Shown: positions 37,610 to 46,365 of the stretch, piece by piece
Numbering within the stretch: position 1 is the first letter of the stretch
How the letters are laid out: each line of letters begins with the position of its first letter
Assembly (NCBI GenBank): GCA_050261235.1
Contig: JBLNDB010000032.1
Span: 4,894 to 68,893, forward strand
Source of the DNA: Chloroflexota bacterium
GTDB taxonomy: Bacteria; Bacillota; Sulfobacillia; JBFLWA01; JBLNDB01
Length of the DNA: 64,000 nt
Direction: 5' to 3'
Program-made: the position numbers and the translations under genes
Notes under the pieces: model-generated
The model's input: only the letters and a program-made list of their open reading frames with translations
Told to the model about the DNA's origin: nothing
Databases searched by the model: none

Positions 37610-37737
37610 GCAAATCCTCCTCCACGAACAGCTTTGGGACACTATGCGATTCTCGCTCCGGCCTTCCGGCTTCCTCCTCTATAGCTATGTTCTGGCTTGG
37701 ATTCGTTCGTCACAACCTGCCGCCTTTCGCCAGCCGA

Positions 37738-38886
37738 CTATTGGCTGGGAGTTGTCGTGAGAGTGGCGAGGAGTTGCACCTCACCGTCCGCCAGCCCGAG
37801 GACATGGAGCGGCTCATAGACCGGAGCGCGCGTGCCGGTCAGGTAGGTCAGGTTCCCGGACACGCCGGCACGGTTGCTTGTCGTGGCCAGCGCCGGCACA
37901 TAGAGGTCGGTCTTCGTCCCGCGCGCCCCCAGCATTGCCTCGACGATCAGCCTGACGGCATCGTAGCCCCGCTCCGCAGCGGCATCTGGCTCGCGACCAT
38001 ATTTGGCGACGAAGTCGGCGTGGAATTTCCGCTGCGCCTGCCCGGGCTGTCCCGGGTCAGCGCCGTCGGCGACGATGATACTCTGGCTGCCCGTACTGGC
38101 CTTCAGCAGTGTCGAACTGACGCCGGCTCCCGCCACGTAGACGGGCTCAGCCCCGCCGGCGGCGCGGAACGCCTCGATGAAGGCGGCGGCGTTGGCTGGA
38201 GACCCGGCATAGACGACAGCATTGATGTCCTTGGCTGCCAGGTTGGCGGCCGGCTTGGCCGGCGCATCAGCGTCCACGGTGACAGTGGCGACAATCTGGC
38301 CGCCGTTCGCCGTCAGATCACTGCGATAGAGGTCGAGCACATACGCGGCGCCGGTCTCGTCGGCGTCCGCAACCAGCGCGAAGCGGCGCCAGCCGCAGCC
38401 GGCGGTGAGGAAGCGCGCCACCAGGGGCGCCACGCTGTCTTCAGAAGGGAGCAGGCGGAAGACGCAGTCGCCGGCGTCCTCGACACCCTTGCCGATGGCG
38501 CCGGTCGACACGGCGACGACCCGGTTGGCCTGGCTGACCGGCGAGACGACGCGCATGATCGCCGTCGGCAGGTAGCCGATGATCGCCGTCACCTTTTCCT
38601 CGACGCACAGCCGGGTCGCCTCCTGCACCGCCTGCTGCTTGTCACCGCGGTAGGTCGCGCGCGACAGGACGAGCGTACGGGCGAACACTCCGCCGGCGCT
38701 GTTGATCTGCTCGACGGCGAGCCCGGCGCCGAGCAGGGTCATCTCCTCCGCACCGCCGTCGGTCAGGTTCGCACCGAGATAGCCGATGCGGATCTCCCCT
38801 GCCCGGCGGCAGCCGCCGCCAACGGCTGCGCACACCAGCATGGTGACGACGGTCAGGATCGCGAGCCTCTGCCTCCTTGGCTGCAA
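37738..38886 (-). CDS. Branched-chain amino acid-type (LivJ/K) substrate-binding protein, orphan
   Basis: IRIGYLG, GAGLAVEQINSAGGV, AAERGYDAVRLI. Start uncertain (TTG 38886 or ATG 39012). No cognate permease adjacent. Confidence 0.75.
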   Translation of the reverse strand: MQPRRQRLAILTVVTMLVCAAVGGGCRRAGEIRIGYLGANLTDGGAEEMTLLGAGLAVEQINSAGGVFARTLVLSRATYRGDKQQAVQEATRLCVEEKVTAIIGYLPTAIMRVVSPVSQANRVVAVSTGAIGKGVEDAGDCVFRLLPSEDSVAPLVARFLTAGCGWRRFALVADADETGAAYVLDLYRSDLTANGGQIVATVTVDADAPAKPAANLAAKDINAVVYAGSPANAAAFIEAFRAAGGAEPVYVAGAGVSSTLLKASTGSQSIIVADGADPGQPGQAQRKFHADFVAKYGREPDAAAERGYDAVRLIVEAMLGARGTKTDLYVPALATTSNRAGVSGNLTYLTGTRAPVYEPLHVLGLADGEVQLLATLTTTPSQ

Positions 38887-39122
38887 CTGACGCACCTCCG
38901 GCGACGCACGGTCTCCTGCCGATGTTGTCGCCTGACCAACTTTGGCGCGCTCTCCCGGCCTCCCTGCCGCGATTGCTGGCGAGTCGTGGCAACCATTCGC
39001 GTCGTCTGCCAATGCGCTGTCGAATTCCGCCCCTGTCCCGGGCCGTTTGCCTGGCTGGCTGCAGTGCCGTATAATGGGGGCGAAGCCCGTCTTGGCGGGC
39101 GTCTGTCATGCGGAGGGATCGG

Positions 39123-39620
39123 ATGGACAGCCGTGAGTTCAACACCAGTGAGCAGCGGGTCGCCGCAGCGCTCGACCGGGCCGGGCTGAGCTACGTCCGG
39201 TCGGCGATCATCGGGCCGTACGAAGTCGACTTCCGTCTCGGCAAGAAGGTCATTATCGAGGTCGACGGCTACACTCACTTGACGGGGGCGGGCAGGCAGC
39301 GCGATCAGGCCAAGGATCGTTACCTGGCCGAGCTCGGGTTCACCGTGCTCCGCATCACCGGCGACCAGGTGCACTCGCCTGAACTGGCACGGTTCGTCGA
39401 GCGGGTGCGGGCGGCCGTCAAGGCAGAGCGGCAGCGGTCCGACTCTGACGCAAGCCCCAGTCCGTTCGCCGGGCCGCTCGCATCGCTGCGCCGCCAGCTC
39501 GCTGCGAAAGAGGCACAGGCGGCGGCAACGCCCGCTGCCCGAGAGCCGGATGACGACAGTGAGCTGTTTCTCGAGTGGGTCGGCGACCGGATCCGCCCCC
39601 CGCGAAGCAAGCGCAAGTGA
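39123..39620 (+). CDS. DUF559 (Vsr-like PD-(D/E)xK) endonuclease with C-terminal extension
   Basis: SEQRV..AL, YEVDF, IIEVDG.TH, RDQAKDRYL..LGFTVLRI. GGAGG RBS; TATAAT near 39069. Confidence 0.82.
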   Translation: MDSREFNTSEQRVAAALDRAGLSYVRSAIIGPYEVDFRLGKKVIIEVDGYTHLTGAGRQRDQAKDRYLAELGFTVLRITGDQVHSPELARFVERVRAAVKAERQRSDSDASPSPFAGPLASLRRQLAAKEAQAAATPAAREPDDDSELFLEWVGDRIRPPRSKRK

Positions 39621-39708
39621 TGCCGGCGGAGGCTGCAGGAGTTGGCCGTTCGGTCGCATAATTGCTTGTTGCTGGTTGTTCATCTCACCAATGTCAGGAG
39701 GTTCGCCA

Positions 39709-41139
39709 ATGTTCAAGGATGCAGATGAGGCTCTGCGTTACGTCAAGGACAACGACATCAGGATGGTCGTCTTCAAGATTGTCGACCTTGCCGGTCGCTG
39801 GCACCATCTGTCGATTCCGGCCGCCCGCCTGTCGAAGAAGACCTTCTCGGACGGCATCGGCTTCGACGGCTCCAGCTACGGCTTCGCCGTTCTCGAGAAG
39901 TCGGACATGATTTTCCGTCCGGACCCGTCGACGGCATTCCTCGACCCGTTCTGCGACGAGCCCACGCTCAGTATGATCGGGGACATCTACGAGATCGGCG
40001 AGCAGGTCGGCCGCTACGCCAGTGACCCGCGCTACATCGCCGAAAAGGCCGAGGCCTACCTGGCCAAGACCGGCATCGCCGACCGGTGCATCCTCGGGCC
40101 GGAATTCGAGTTCTATGTGTTCGACCAGGCCGCATACCGCCACACACCCAACCACAGTGAGTACTTCATCGACACCGAAGAGGCCGAGTGGAACAGCGGC
40201 AACCGCGATGAGTGGAATTCCGGATACAAGGTGCCTCATCATGGCGGCTACCACCTCGCTCTGCCGCACGACGTCACCCACAACCTGCGATCGCAGATCT
40301 CCCTCCTGCTCGAGGACATGGGCTGCCCGGTCAAGTATCATCATCACGAGGTCGGCGGTCCCGGCCAGGTCGAGATCGAAGTCGAGCTTGGCGGACTGCG
40401 CGACATGGCAGACCGCTCGATGCTCCTCAAGTATGTCGTCAGGAACGCAGCCGTGGCTGCCGGCAAGACCGCGACCTTCATGCCCAAGCCGATCGAAGGC
40501 GAAGCCGGCAACGGCATGCACGTCCACTTCCAGTTGTTCAACGGCAGCGAGCCGGTCTTCTACGACGCGACGGGCTACTCCGGTCTCAGCAAGACCGCCC
40601 TCTACGCCATCGGCGGGCTGCTGAAACACTCCCCTGCCCTGCTCGGCCTGACCAACCCGAGCACCAACTCGTACAAGCGTCTCGTTCCTGGCTACGAGGC
40701 TCCGGTCAGCATCTGCTTCGCCACGGCGAACCGCAGTTCGGTCATCCGGGTCCCCGGCTATGCCACCCAACCTGAGAAGAAGCGGTTCGAGTTCCGTCCG
40801 TCGGATGCGACGACAAATCCGTACCTGGCCTACGCAGCGTTGCTGATGGCCGCGCTCGACGGCATCACGAATCAGATCGACCCGACCGCCGAGGGCTTCG
40901 GCCCGTACGATGTCAACGTGTTTGACCTGCCGGAGAGCGAGCGCATGAAGATCAAGGCGCTTCCGAAGTCTCTCGATGAGGCAGCCGATGCGCTTGAGGC
41001 CGACCACGCGTTCCTCCTTGCCGGTGGCGTGTTCAGCGAGGAACTGATCCGCACCTGGCTCCGGCGCATCCGCTCGGATGCGAGGAAGGTCGGCATCGCG
41101 CCGCACCCGCTGGAGTACAAGCTGTACTACGACCTTTAG
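39709..41139 (+). CDS. glnA: Glutamine synthetase type I
   Basis: FDGSS, GPEFEFY, HHHEVG..GQVEI, ATFMPKP...GNGMHVHF, SYKRLVPGYEAP, NRSSVIRVP, RFEFR..DATTNPYLA. Confidence 0.95.
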   Translation: MFKDADEALRYVKDNDIRMVVFKIVDLAGRWHHLSIPAARLSKKTFSDGIGFDGSSYGFAVLEKSDMIFRPDPSTAFLDPFCDEPTLSMIGDIYEIGEQVGRYASDPRYIAEKAEAYLAKTGIADRCILGPEFEFYVFDQAAYRHTPNHSEYFIDTEEAEWNSGNRDEWNSGYKVPHHGGYHLALPHDVTHNLRSQISLLLEDMGCPVKYHHHEVGGPGQVEIEVELGGLRDMADRSMLLKYVVRNAAVAAGKTATFMPKPIEGEAGNGMHVHFQLFNGSEPVFYDATGYSGLSKTALYAIGGLLKHSPALLGLTNPSTNSYKRLVPGYEAPVSICFATANRSSVIRVPGYATQPEKKRFEFRPSDATTNPYLAYAALLMAALDGITNQIDPTAEGFGPYDVNVFDLPESERMKIKALPKSLDEAADALEADHAFLLAGGVFSEELIRTWLRRIRSDARKVGIAPHPLEYKLYYDL

Positions 41140-41165
41140 TCCGTCTGTCGCCGCCGCATGAAAGC

Positions 41166-41200
41166 CAGCGCCCTGACCATCAGGTCAGGGCGCTGTTTCT
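41166..41200 (+). terminator. Intrinsic terminator after glnA
   Basis: CAGCGCCCTGACC-atca-GGTCAGGGCGCTG followed by TTTCTGTT. Confidence 0.8.
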
Positions 41201-41252
41201 GTTCGTCTGCCTGCCCTGGTGCTGCCAGGGCCCTAGGCTGATTCAGCTGTGG

Positions 41253-41924
41253 CTATTCCCCGGTCGTCATCTGTCCACGCTTCGCTGGCCGCCTCAGGAT
41301 CAGCAAGGCCAAACCAGCCAGCGCCGTCACGGACCAGAACACCGTCGTCGGCGTCACGAATTCCGGTGGGACGCCGCGAACCAACGTCAGGACTCCGAAG
41401 AAGAGGAACACTGCGGCGGCGATGTAGTTCATGATGCGCTGCGGAACGCGTTTGCCGACCATCGCCCCGACCAGCACGCCGAGCCCGTCGGCGACGATCA
41501 TGCCGCTGGTGGTGCCAAGCCAGACGAGCAGCGGCGACGGGTTCTGCGCCGCCAACACCGCGGCGGTCAACTGAGTCTTGTCACCCATCTCGCCGATGAA
41601 GATCGCCGTGAAGACAGTCCAGAAAGGGCTGAGCTTGCTTCTCGCCGAGCCCTCCTCCTCATCGTCGCCGCCCTTCAGCGTCCAGAGTCCGAAGCCGATG
41701 AAGGCGAAGCCTGCCACGAGCTGGATCACCCAGGCAGGAACGATCGTCGCAAGCAGGGACCCGACAAGCACGGCAAACGTCATCGACGCGACGATGCCGG
41801 CAGATGCGCCGAGCAAGACCTGCTTCATGCCGTAGCGCGTCGCGAACGCCATGACCATGAACTGCGTCTTGTCGCCCAACTCGGCTACGAACGTGAGTAC
41901 AAAGGCTGCTGCCACCGCTGCCAT
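41253..41924 (-). CDS. GDT1/TMEM165 (UPF0016) Mn2+/Ca2+ exporter
   Basis: Two ExGDKTQ motifs (AELGDKTQF, GEMGDKTQL). Confidence 0.92.
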   Translation of the reverse strand: MAAVAAAFVLTFVAELGDKTQFMVMAFATRYGMKQVLLGASAGIVASMTFAVLVGSLLATIVPAWVIQLVAGFAFIGFGLWTLKGGDDEEEGSARSKLSPFWTVFTAIFIGEMGDKTQLTAAVLAAQNPSPLLVWLGTTSGMIVADGLGVLVGAMVGKRVPQRIMNYIAAAVFLFFGVLTLVRGVPPEFVTPTTVFWSVTALAGLALLILRRPAKRGQMTTGE

Positions 41925-41960
41925 CACGGAACCTCCCATTGCGCGCGCCAAACACGCACA

Positions 41961-42057
41961 GGAACCCGGATGAGCCGTCATCCGGGTTCCTTCTCTGGCC
42001 TGGTCGGCGCCGGCCACGTTTGCACCAAACTTAGCATATACGCACAGATGCTGTCAA
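41961..42057 (-). promoter_or_regulatory. Sigma-A promoter and structured leader of the GDT1 gene
   Basis: TTGACA-18nt-TAAGTT with TG, then a TGGCC...GGCCA hairpin and a 13-bp hairpin (41961-41990) upstream of the RBS. Confidence 0.6.
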
Positions 42058-42075
42058 GCCTACCGGGCCGTGCCG

Positions 42076-42525
42076 TCAGTCGCGGATGCCCACCAGCATC
42101 TCGACCTCGGCGGCGATGCCCCCCGGGAGCTGGGCTGCGCCGATGGCCGAGCGGGCATGGCGGCCGCGGTCACCGAACACCTCGATCAGCAGCTCCGAAG
42201 CGCCATTCATCGTCTTCGGCTGATCGGTGAAATCCGGCGCGCTGTTAATGAAGCCGAGCACCTTGAAGATGGACTCGACCCGGTCGAGCGTCCCTAGTTC
42301 TGCCTGCAGACACGCCAGGCACCGCAGGCAGGCCTCGCGCGCCGCCGCATATCCCTGCACCAGAGTCAGCTCCCGTCCGACCTGGCCGACGATCGACCGC
42401 GATCCCTGGCCCGATGTGTAGACCAAGTTGCCCCAGCGGTTGACTGGCTTGTACGCGCCAAGCGGAGTCGGCACCGGCGGCAGGGTGATGCCCAATTCAG
42501 CAAGACGGTTCTCGATCTGTCCCAA
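42076..42525 (-). CDS. RidA/YjgF family protein (Rid1-like)
   Basis: LGITLPPVPTPLGAYKPV, VYTSGQ, NGASELLIEVFGDRGRHARSAIG...LP..IAAEVE. Confidence 0.88.
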   Translation of the reverse strand: MGQIENRLAELGITLPPVPTPLGAYKPVNRWGNLVYTSGQGSRSIVGQVGRELTLVQGYAAAREACLRCLACLQAELGTLDRVESIFKVLGFINSAPDFTDQPKTMNGASELLIEVFGDRGRHARSAIGAAQLPGGIAAEVEMLVGIRD

Positions 42526-42597
42526 TCCACACGCCCCCTTTTTCCTCTCTGTTTCGGCGCCCCCATGCCCTGTCACCTTCACGGCCCCGGTGAGCAG

Positions 42598-42630
42598 AGC
42601 AAAAGCCGCGACAATGTCGCGGCTTTTGCT
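42598..42630. terminator. Terminator after tRNA-Val
   Basis: Perfect 16-bp inverted repeat AGCAAAAGCCGCGACA-a-TGTCGCGGCTTTTGCT. Confidence 0.85.
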
Positions 42631-42643
42631 GAATGTCCGACTG

Positions 42644-42715
42644 TGGGCACGGCTGGTTTCGAACCAGCGACCTCTTGAATGTGAGTCAAGCGCTCTCCCA
42701 CTGAGCTACGCGCCC
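42644..42715 (-). tRNA. tRNA-Val (anticodon CAC), CCA not encoded
   Basis: GGGCGCG acceptor stem, D-arm AGCTCAGTGGGAGAGC, anticodon arm CTTGA-CTCACAT-TCAAG, T-arm GCTGG-TTCGAAA-CCAGC. Confidence 0.95.
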
Positions 42716-42727
42716 GATGCAGTGTCT

Positions 42728-42756
42728 ATCTTAGCACATCCCAGTGCGCATTTCAA
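42728..42756 (-). promoter_or_regulatory. Sigma-A promoter of tRNA-Val
   Basis: TTGAAA-17nt-TAAGAT with extended TG. Confidence 0.75.
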
Positions 42757-42785
42757 TGTCGAGCTGTGTTCCGCTGCGGCCGAAG

Positions 42786-44135
42786 CTACTGCCGCTCCGA
42801 GCACGCAGCCGCCTCCGCCCTGGCGAGCAGGCGCGCGGGAATCCGATCGTGAGCAATGAGATCCTGATAGGTCTGCCGCTCGACGATGACATCGACGCAA
42901 TTGTCGCCAATCAAGACCATAGCCGGCCGCGGCAGGCGGTTGTAATTGTTGGCCATCGAGAACGTATAGGCGCCGGCGGTCAGGACCGCCAGCACGTCAC
43001 CGATCTGCGCTTCCGGCATGACGACGTCGCGAGCGACAATGTCGCCTGACTCGCAGCAGCGGCCGGCCACGGTGACGGCGGGACCGTTGTCCCCGTTCAT
43101 CCGTGACGCGTTGACGACACTGTACTTGGCGTCGTAGAGCGCGGGGCGAATGTTGTCGGCCATGCCGCCGTCGACGGCCACGTAGCGCCGAATGCCGGGA
43201 ATCTCCTTCATCGACTCGACGCGGTAGAGAATCAGGCCGGCCTCGGCGACGATCGAGCGCCCGGGCTCGACGACCAACCGTGGCACCGGCATGCCGCAGG
43301 CGGCACAGGCGGCGCGGATCGTGCTGGCCATGGATTGCATCAGATCGGCGACCGGCGGCGGATTGTCGCCGGCCAGATAACGCACACCGAGGCCACCGCC
43401 CATGTCAAGATCAGGCACAACGTAGCCGAGGCGAACGCGGATCTCATCGGCTAGCTTGACCATGATCCGAGCGGCCGTGCTGAACGGCTCCTGGTCGAGA
43501 ATCTGCGAGCCGAGGTGGCACTGCACACCCGCGAGATCGATATGCCGCGAGCGAATGATACCTTCCGCGGCCGCGAACGCCTGGCCACCGACGTAGTTGA
43601 AACCAAATTTGGAGTCGGTCACGCCGGTCTGGATGAACTCGTGAGTATGGGCCTCGACGCCCGGGGTGACGCGAATCATCGCCGACACGCGACGCCCGGC
43701 CGCCGCTGCAGTTGCCTCGACCAACGCGATTTCAGCGAAATTGTCGATGATGATCCGGCCGACGCCTGCTCGAATCGCCATCTCCACTTCGGCAGCGGTC
43801 TTCGCGTTGCCATTGAAGTGAATCCGCTCGGGCGGGAAGCCGGCCATCAGCGCAGTGTACAACTCGCCGCCGGAGACGACATCGATGTGCATCCCCTCTT
43901 CGTCGAGGATGCGGGCGACGGCGGTCGTGAGCAGGGCCTTGGCCGCGTAGACAACATCGCCACGCGGATCGACGGCGCGCATCGCCTCGCGGTACTTGCG
44001 GCACTGTGCGCGGACGGCCCCCTCGGACAGCGCGTAGAGCGGCGTGCCGAACCGCTCGGCCAGGGAAACGACGTCGACCCCATCCACGGTCAAGTGACCC
44101 GCATCATTGGTTGTGACGGCGAACGGTGTCTCCAT
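42786..44135 (-). CDS. lysA: Diaminopimelate decarboxylase
   Basis: FGTPLY, YAAK, DVVSGGEL, HFNGNAK, SKFG, HLGSQI, EPGRSIVA, DGGMADNIRPALY, GRCCESGD, GAY..SMANNYN. Confidence 0.95.
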   Translation of the reverse strand: METPFAVTTNDAGHLTVDGVDVVSLAERFGTPLYALSEGAVRAQCRKYREAMRAVDPRGDVVYAAKALLTTAVARILDEEGMHIDVVSGGELYTALMAGFPPERIHFNGNAKTAAEVEMAIRAGVGRIIIDNFAEIALVEATAAAAGRRVSAMIRVTPGVEAHTHEFIQTGVTDSKFGFNYVGGQAFAAAEGIIRSRHIDLAGVQCHLGSQILDQEPFSTAARIMVKLADEIRVRLGYVVPDLDMGGGLGVRYLAGDNPPPVADLMQSMASTIRAACAACGMPVPRLVVEPGRSIVAEAGLILYRVESMKEIPGIRRYVAVDGGMADNIRPALYDAKYSVVNASRMNGDNGPAVTVAGRCCESGDIVARDVVMPEAQIGDVLAVLTAGAYTFSMANNYNRLPRPAMVLIGDNCVDVIVERQTYQDLIAHDRIPARLLARAEAAACSERQ

Positions 44136-44240
44136 GGTCGGACCTCCCCGGTCTCGCGCGCGGCTGCTCACAAGAATGGGCCGCCGCGTTCCGCGGCAGC
44201 CGGGACAACCTCGCTCTAGCTGCTGAAACTCGATGCTTTC

Positions 44241-44270
44241 ATGCTATCACAGGAATTCTTCCAGCGTCAA
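44241..44270 (-). promoter_or_regulatory. Sigma-A promoter of lysA
   Basis: TTGACG-18nt-TAGCAT with TG; the -35 overlaps the upstream stop codon. Confidence 0.65.
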
Positions 44271-45262
44271 GGAGCGCCAACCGCCTGCGCCAATTGGACG
44301 CTGTGCCTTCCGCAGCGATCACCCCAGCGTGCGATGACCTGTCCGGCCGCTGCGATCTCGACGACTTCGCAGGCATTGGCGCAACCGTCACACTCGAAGC
44401 CGCGGGTCGTGAAATCGATGTCGCGCGCCGCGAAGCCGCGAAAGCGCGTTCCGGTCGTCTTGTTCGCCGTCTCGCGGGCCAGCAACGCGGCGCCGATGGC
44501 GCCCATGCAGTCGTGTCGTTGGGGGATGACCGGCACGGTCCCGAGCGACTCGGCGAACGCCTTGACGATGCCGGCATTGGCGGCCACGCCACCCTGGAAC
44601 ACCACCGGCGGCTTTATCTCCTTGCCCTTGCCGACATTGTTGAGGTAATTGCGGACCAACGCCTGGCAAAGCCCCCAGGCGATGTCGGCTGGTGTATGCC
44701 CCATCTGCTGCTTGTGAATCATGTCCGATTCGGCGAACACGGCACAGCGTCCCGCGATGCGAACCGGCGACACAGCCGTCAGGGCCAGGGCGCCGAAGTC
44801 CGCGATGTCGATGCCGAGCCGGGCGGCCTGGCGGTCGAGGAACGACCCGGTGCCGGCGGCGCAGACAGTGTTCATGGCGAAATCGACGACCACGCCGTCC
44901 CGGATGATGATGATCTTGGAGTCCTGGCCACCGATCTCGAGCACTGTCCTGACGTCAGGCACCACTGCCAGGGCGGCAACGGCGTGCGCCGTGATCTCGT
45001 TCTTGACTACGTCAGCGCCGATAACAGCCGCGGCCAGTTGCCGTCCGCTGCCGGTCGCGCCGCAGCGGATGACCGCCGCGTCGGCCTCGCCCCGTTGGCG
45101 CAACCAGTCATGGAGCTGCGTCAGTCCTCGCTGCAAGACGCGGATCGGTTCACCCATGGTGCGGAGATAGAGAGCTTGCCTGACCTCACCCAATGGCGAC
45201 ATCAGGACGAGATTGGTGCTGACCGAACCGACATCGACGCCGAGGAAATATGACCCGCTCAA
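44267..45262 (-). CDS. ASKHA ATPase activase of 2-hydroxyacyl-CoA dehydratase type (HgdC/BcrAD-like)
   Basis: GVDVGSVSTN, NEITAH, EIGGQDSK, MNTVCAAGTGSFLD, GRCAVFAES, GGVAAN, GAIGAA, plus C-terminal CDGCANAC...WGDRC. Confidence 0.9.
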   Translation of the reverse strand: MSGSYFLGVDVGSVSTNLVLMSPLGEVRQALYLRTMGEPIRVLQRGLTQLHDWLRQRGEADAAVIRCGATGSGRQLAAAVIGADVVKNEITAHAVAALAVVPDVRTVLEIGGQDSKIIIIRDGVVVDFAMNTVCAAGTGSFLDRQAARLGIDIADFGALALTAVSPVRIAGRCAVFAESDMIHKQQMGHTPADIAWGLCQALVRNYLNNVGKGKEIKPPVVFQGGVAANAGIVKAFAESLGTVPVIPQRHDCMGAIGAALLARETANKTTGTRFRGFAARDIDFTTRGFECDGCANACEVVEIAAAGQVIARWGDRCGRHSVQLAQAVGAP

Positions 45263-46365
45263 CGCGCAGCAGCCTCCTTGCGGGCCCGACGGCGTCGCCG
45301 CATCAGGTCGACGAACGCCTCGAGCCGGGTTACGGTGCCGGCTTCGCCGGCATGCTCGTCAAAGTAGAGTGTCAGCACCGGAATGTCCTCGGCCCGCGCG
45401 ACGCGCCCCTGGAGCACGCTGTGCGCGACGATCTCGGGCATGCAGGTCAGCGGCGCGACCTGAACGACACCGTCGTATCCGGAGCGGGCGTGTTCGACGA
45501 CCGCCCCGACGTTGTCGGTGCCGTGGCCCCCGACCCAGTGGTTAAGATATGGCCGGGCCCGGCGCAGGTGGACCGACGGGTAGCCGAGCCTCAGTGCGTC
45601 CCGCCCGAGGTTGTCCTTGACCCAGTCGGTGATGAAGATGCTGCGGTTGACCTCCACGCCCAGCTCGCCGAGCCGCCGCTCAGTGTCGTGGTTGACCGCA
45701 GGCTCAAGGACGACGTAGACCTCGCCGACAAGGCCGCAACGGACCGGTGGCTCATCCCCATCGGCGAGCGGCAGCGCCGCAAACGACTCGCGCTGTTCCC
45801 GGAGCGCAGCGCGGACTGCCGCCATTGACCCGGCCTCGTCGATGCGACGCAGGCAACGTTCCCGCAGTCGTGAAGCCGAACCTGCCACCGCTTCGCGAGC
45901 GCGGGCCGGGGCCGTCAGTCGGTCGAGCTCGTCGATCGCCGACAGCTTGCTCCAGGCGAACCAGAAGGCGCGCCAGAACCGCGCCGGAGTGACATGCGTG
46001 CCGAGCCCTCGCAGGCGTCGCCAGAGTTCAGCGACATGCCCGCCGGGCGGCTCGAGGGTGATGAACTCGAGGCGCGAGCCCGCCGCCCGGAGGATGTCCC
46101 GCTGGACATCAGCATAGTAGCCCAACCGGCATGGCCCGGATCCGCCCGCCATGACTACCGCTTCGGCACCGAGCGCCTCGGCCTCGAGGAAGTTGCCGAT
46201 GCCCACTTTGAGCGGCAGGCAGGCTGCCTCGGGGGCCAGCGCTGCGCCCTTGGCAATTGTCTGGCTGGTCGTTGGCGGAGGCACCACGCATTCCGCGCCG
46301 AGGTCGGTGAGCAGGGCGCGCAGGCCGATCGCAAGTGTCCCGAGATGCGGGAAGGTAACCTTCAC
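45259..46365 (-). CDS. 2-hydroxyacyl-CoA dehydratase-like [4Fe-4S] subunit (CoA-enzyme activase-related)
   Basis: Three Cys motifs ACLPLK, GPCR, TCMP, and C-terminal DEHAGEAGTVTRLEAF. Confidence 0.75.
   Translation of the reverse strand: MKVTFPHLGTLAIGLRALLTDLGAECVVPPPTTSQTIAKGAALAPEAACLPLKVGIGNFLEAEALGAEAVVMAGGSGPCRLGYYADVQRDILRAAGSRLEFITLEPPGGHVAELWRRLRGLGTHVTPARFWRAFWFAWSKLSAIDELDRLTAPARAREAVAGSASRLRERCLRRIDEAGSMAAVRAALREQRESFAALPLADGDEPPVRCGLVGEVYVVLEPAVNHDTERRLGELGVEVNRSIFITDWVKDNLGRDALRLGYPSVHLRRARPYLNHWVGGHGTDNVGAVVEHARSGYDGVVQVAPLTCMPEIVAHSVLQGRVARAEDIPVLTLYFDEHAGEAGTVTRLEAFVDLMRRRRRARKEAAAR

Noticed and set aside
41930-42030. yybP-ykoY Mn riboswitch before GDT1
   Set aside because: The GGGGAGUAG signature is absent; kept only as an unclassified leader.
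42644-42715. tRNA-Val as a genomic-island attachment site
   Set aside because: No integrase nearby, and I found no duplicated tRNA 3-prime end by eye.
44136-44240. Canonical lysine (L-box) riboswitch before lysA
   Set aside because: The leader is about 100 nt, too short, and lacks the AGAGGxGC and multi-stem pattern.
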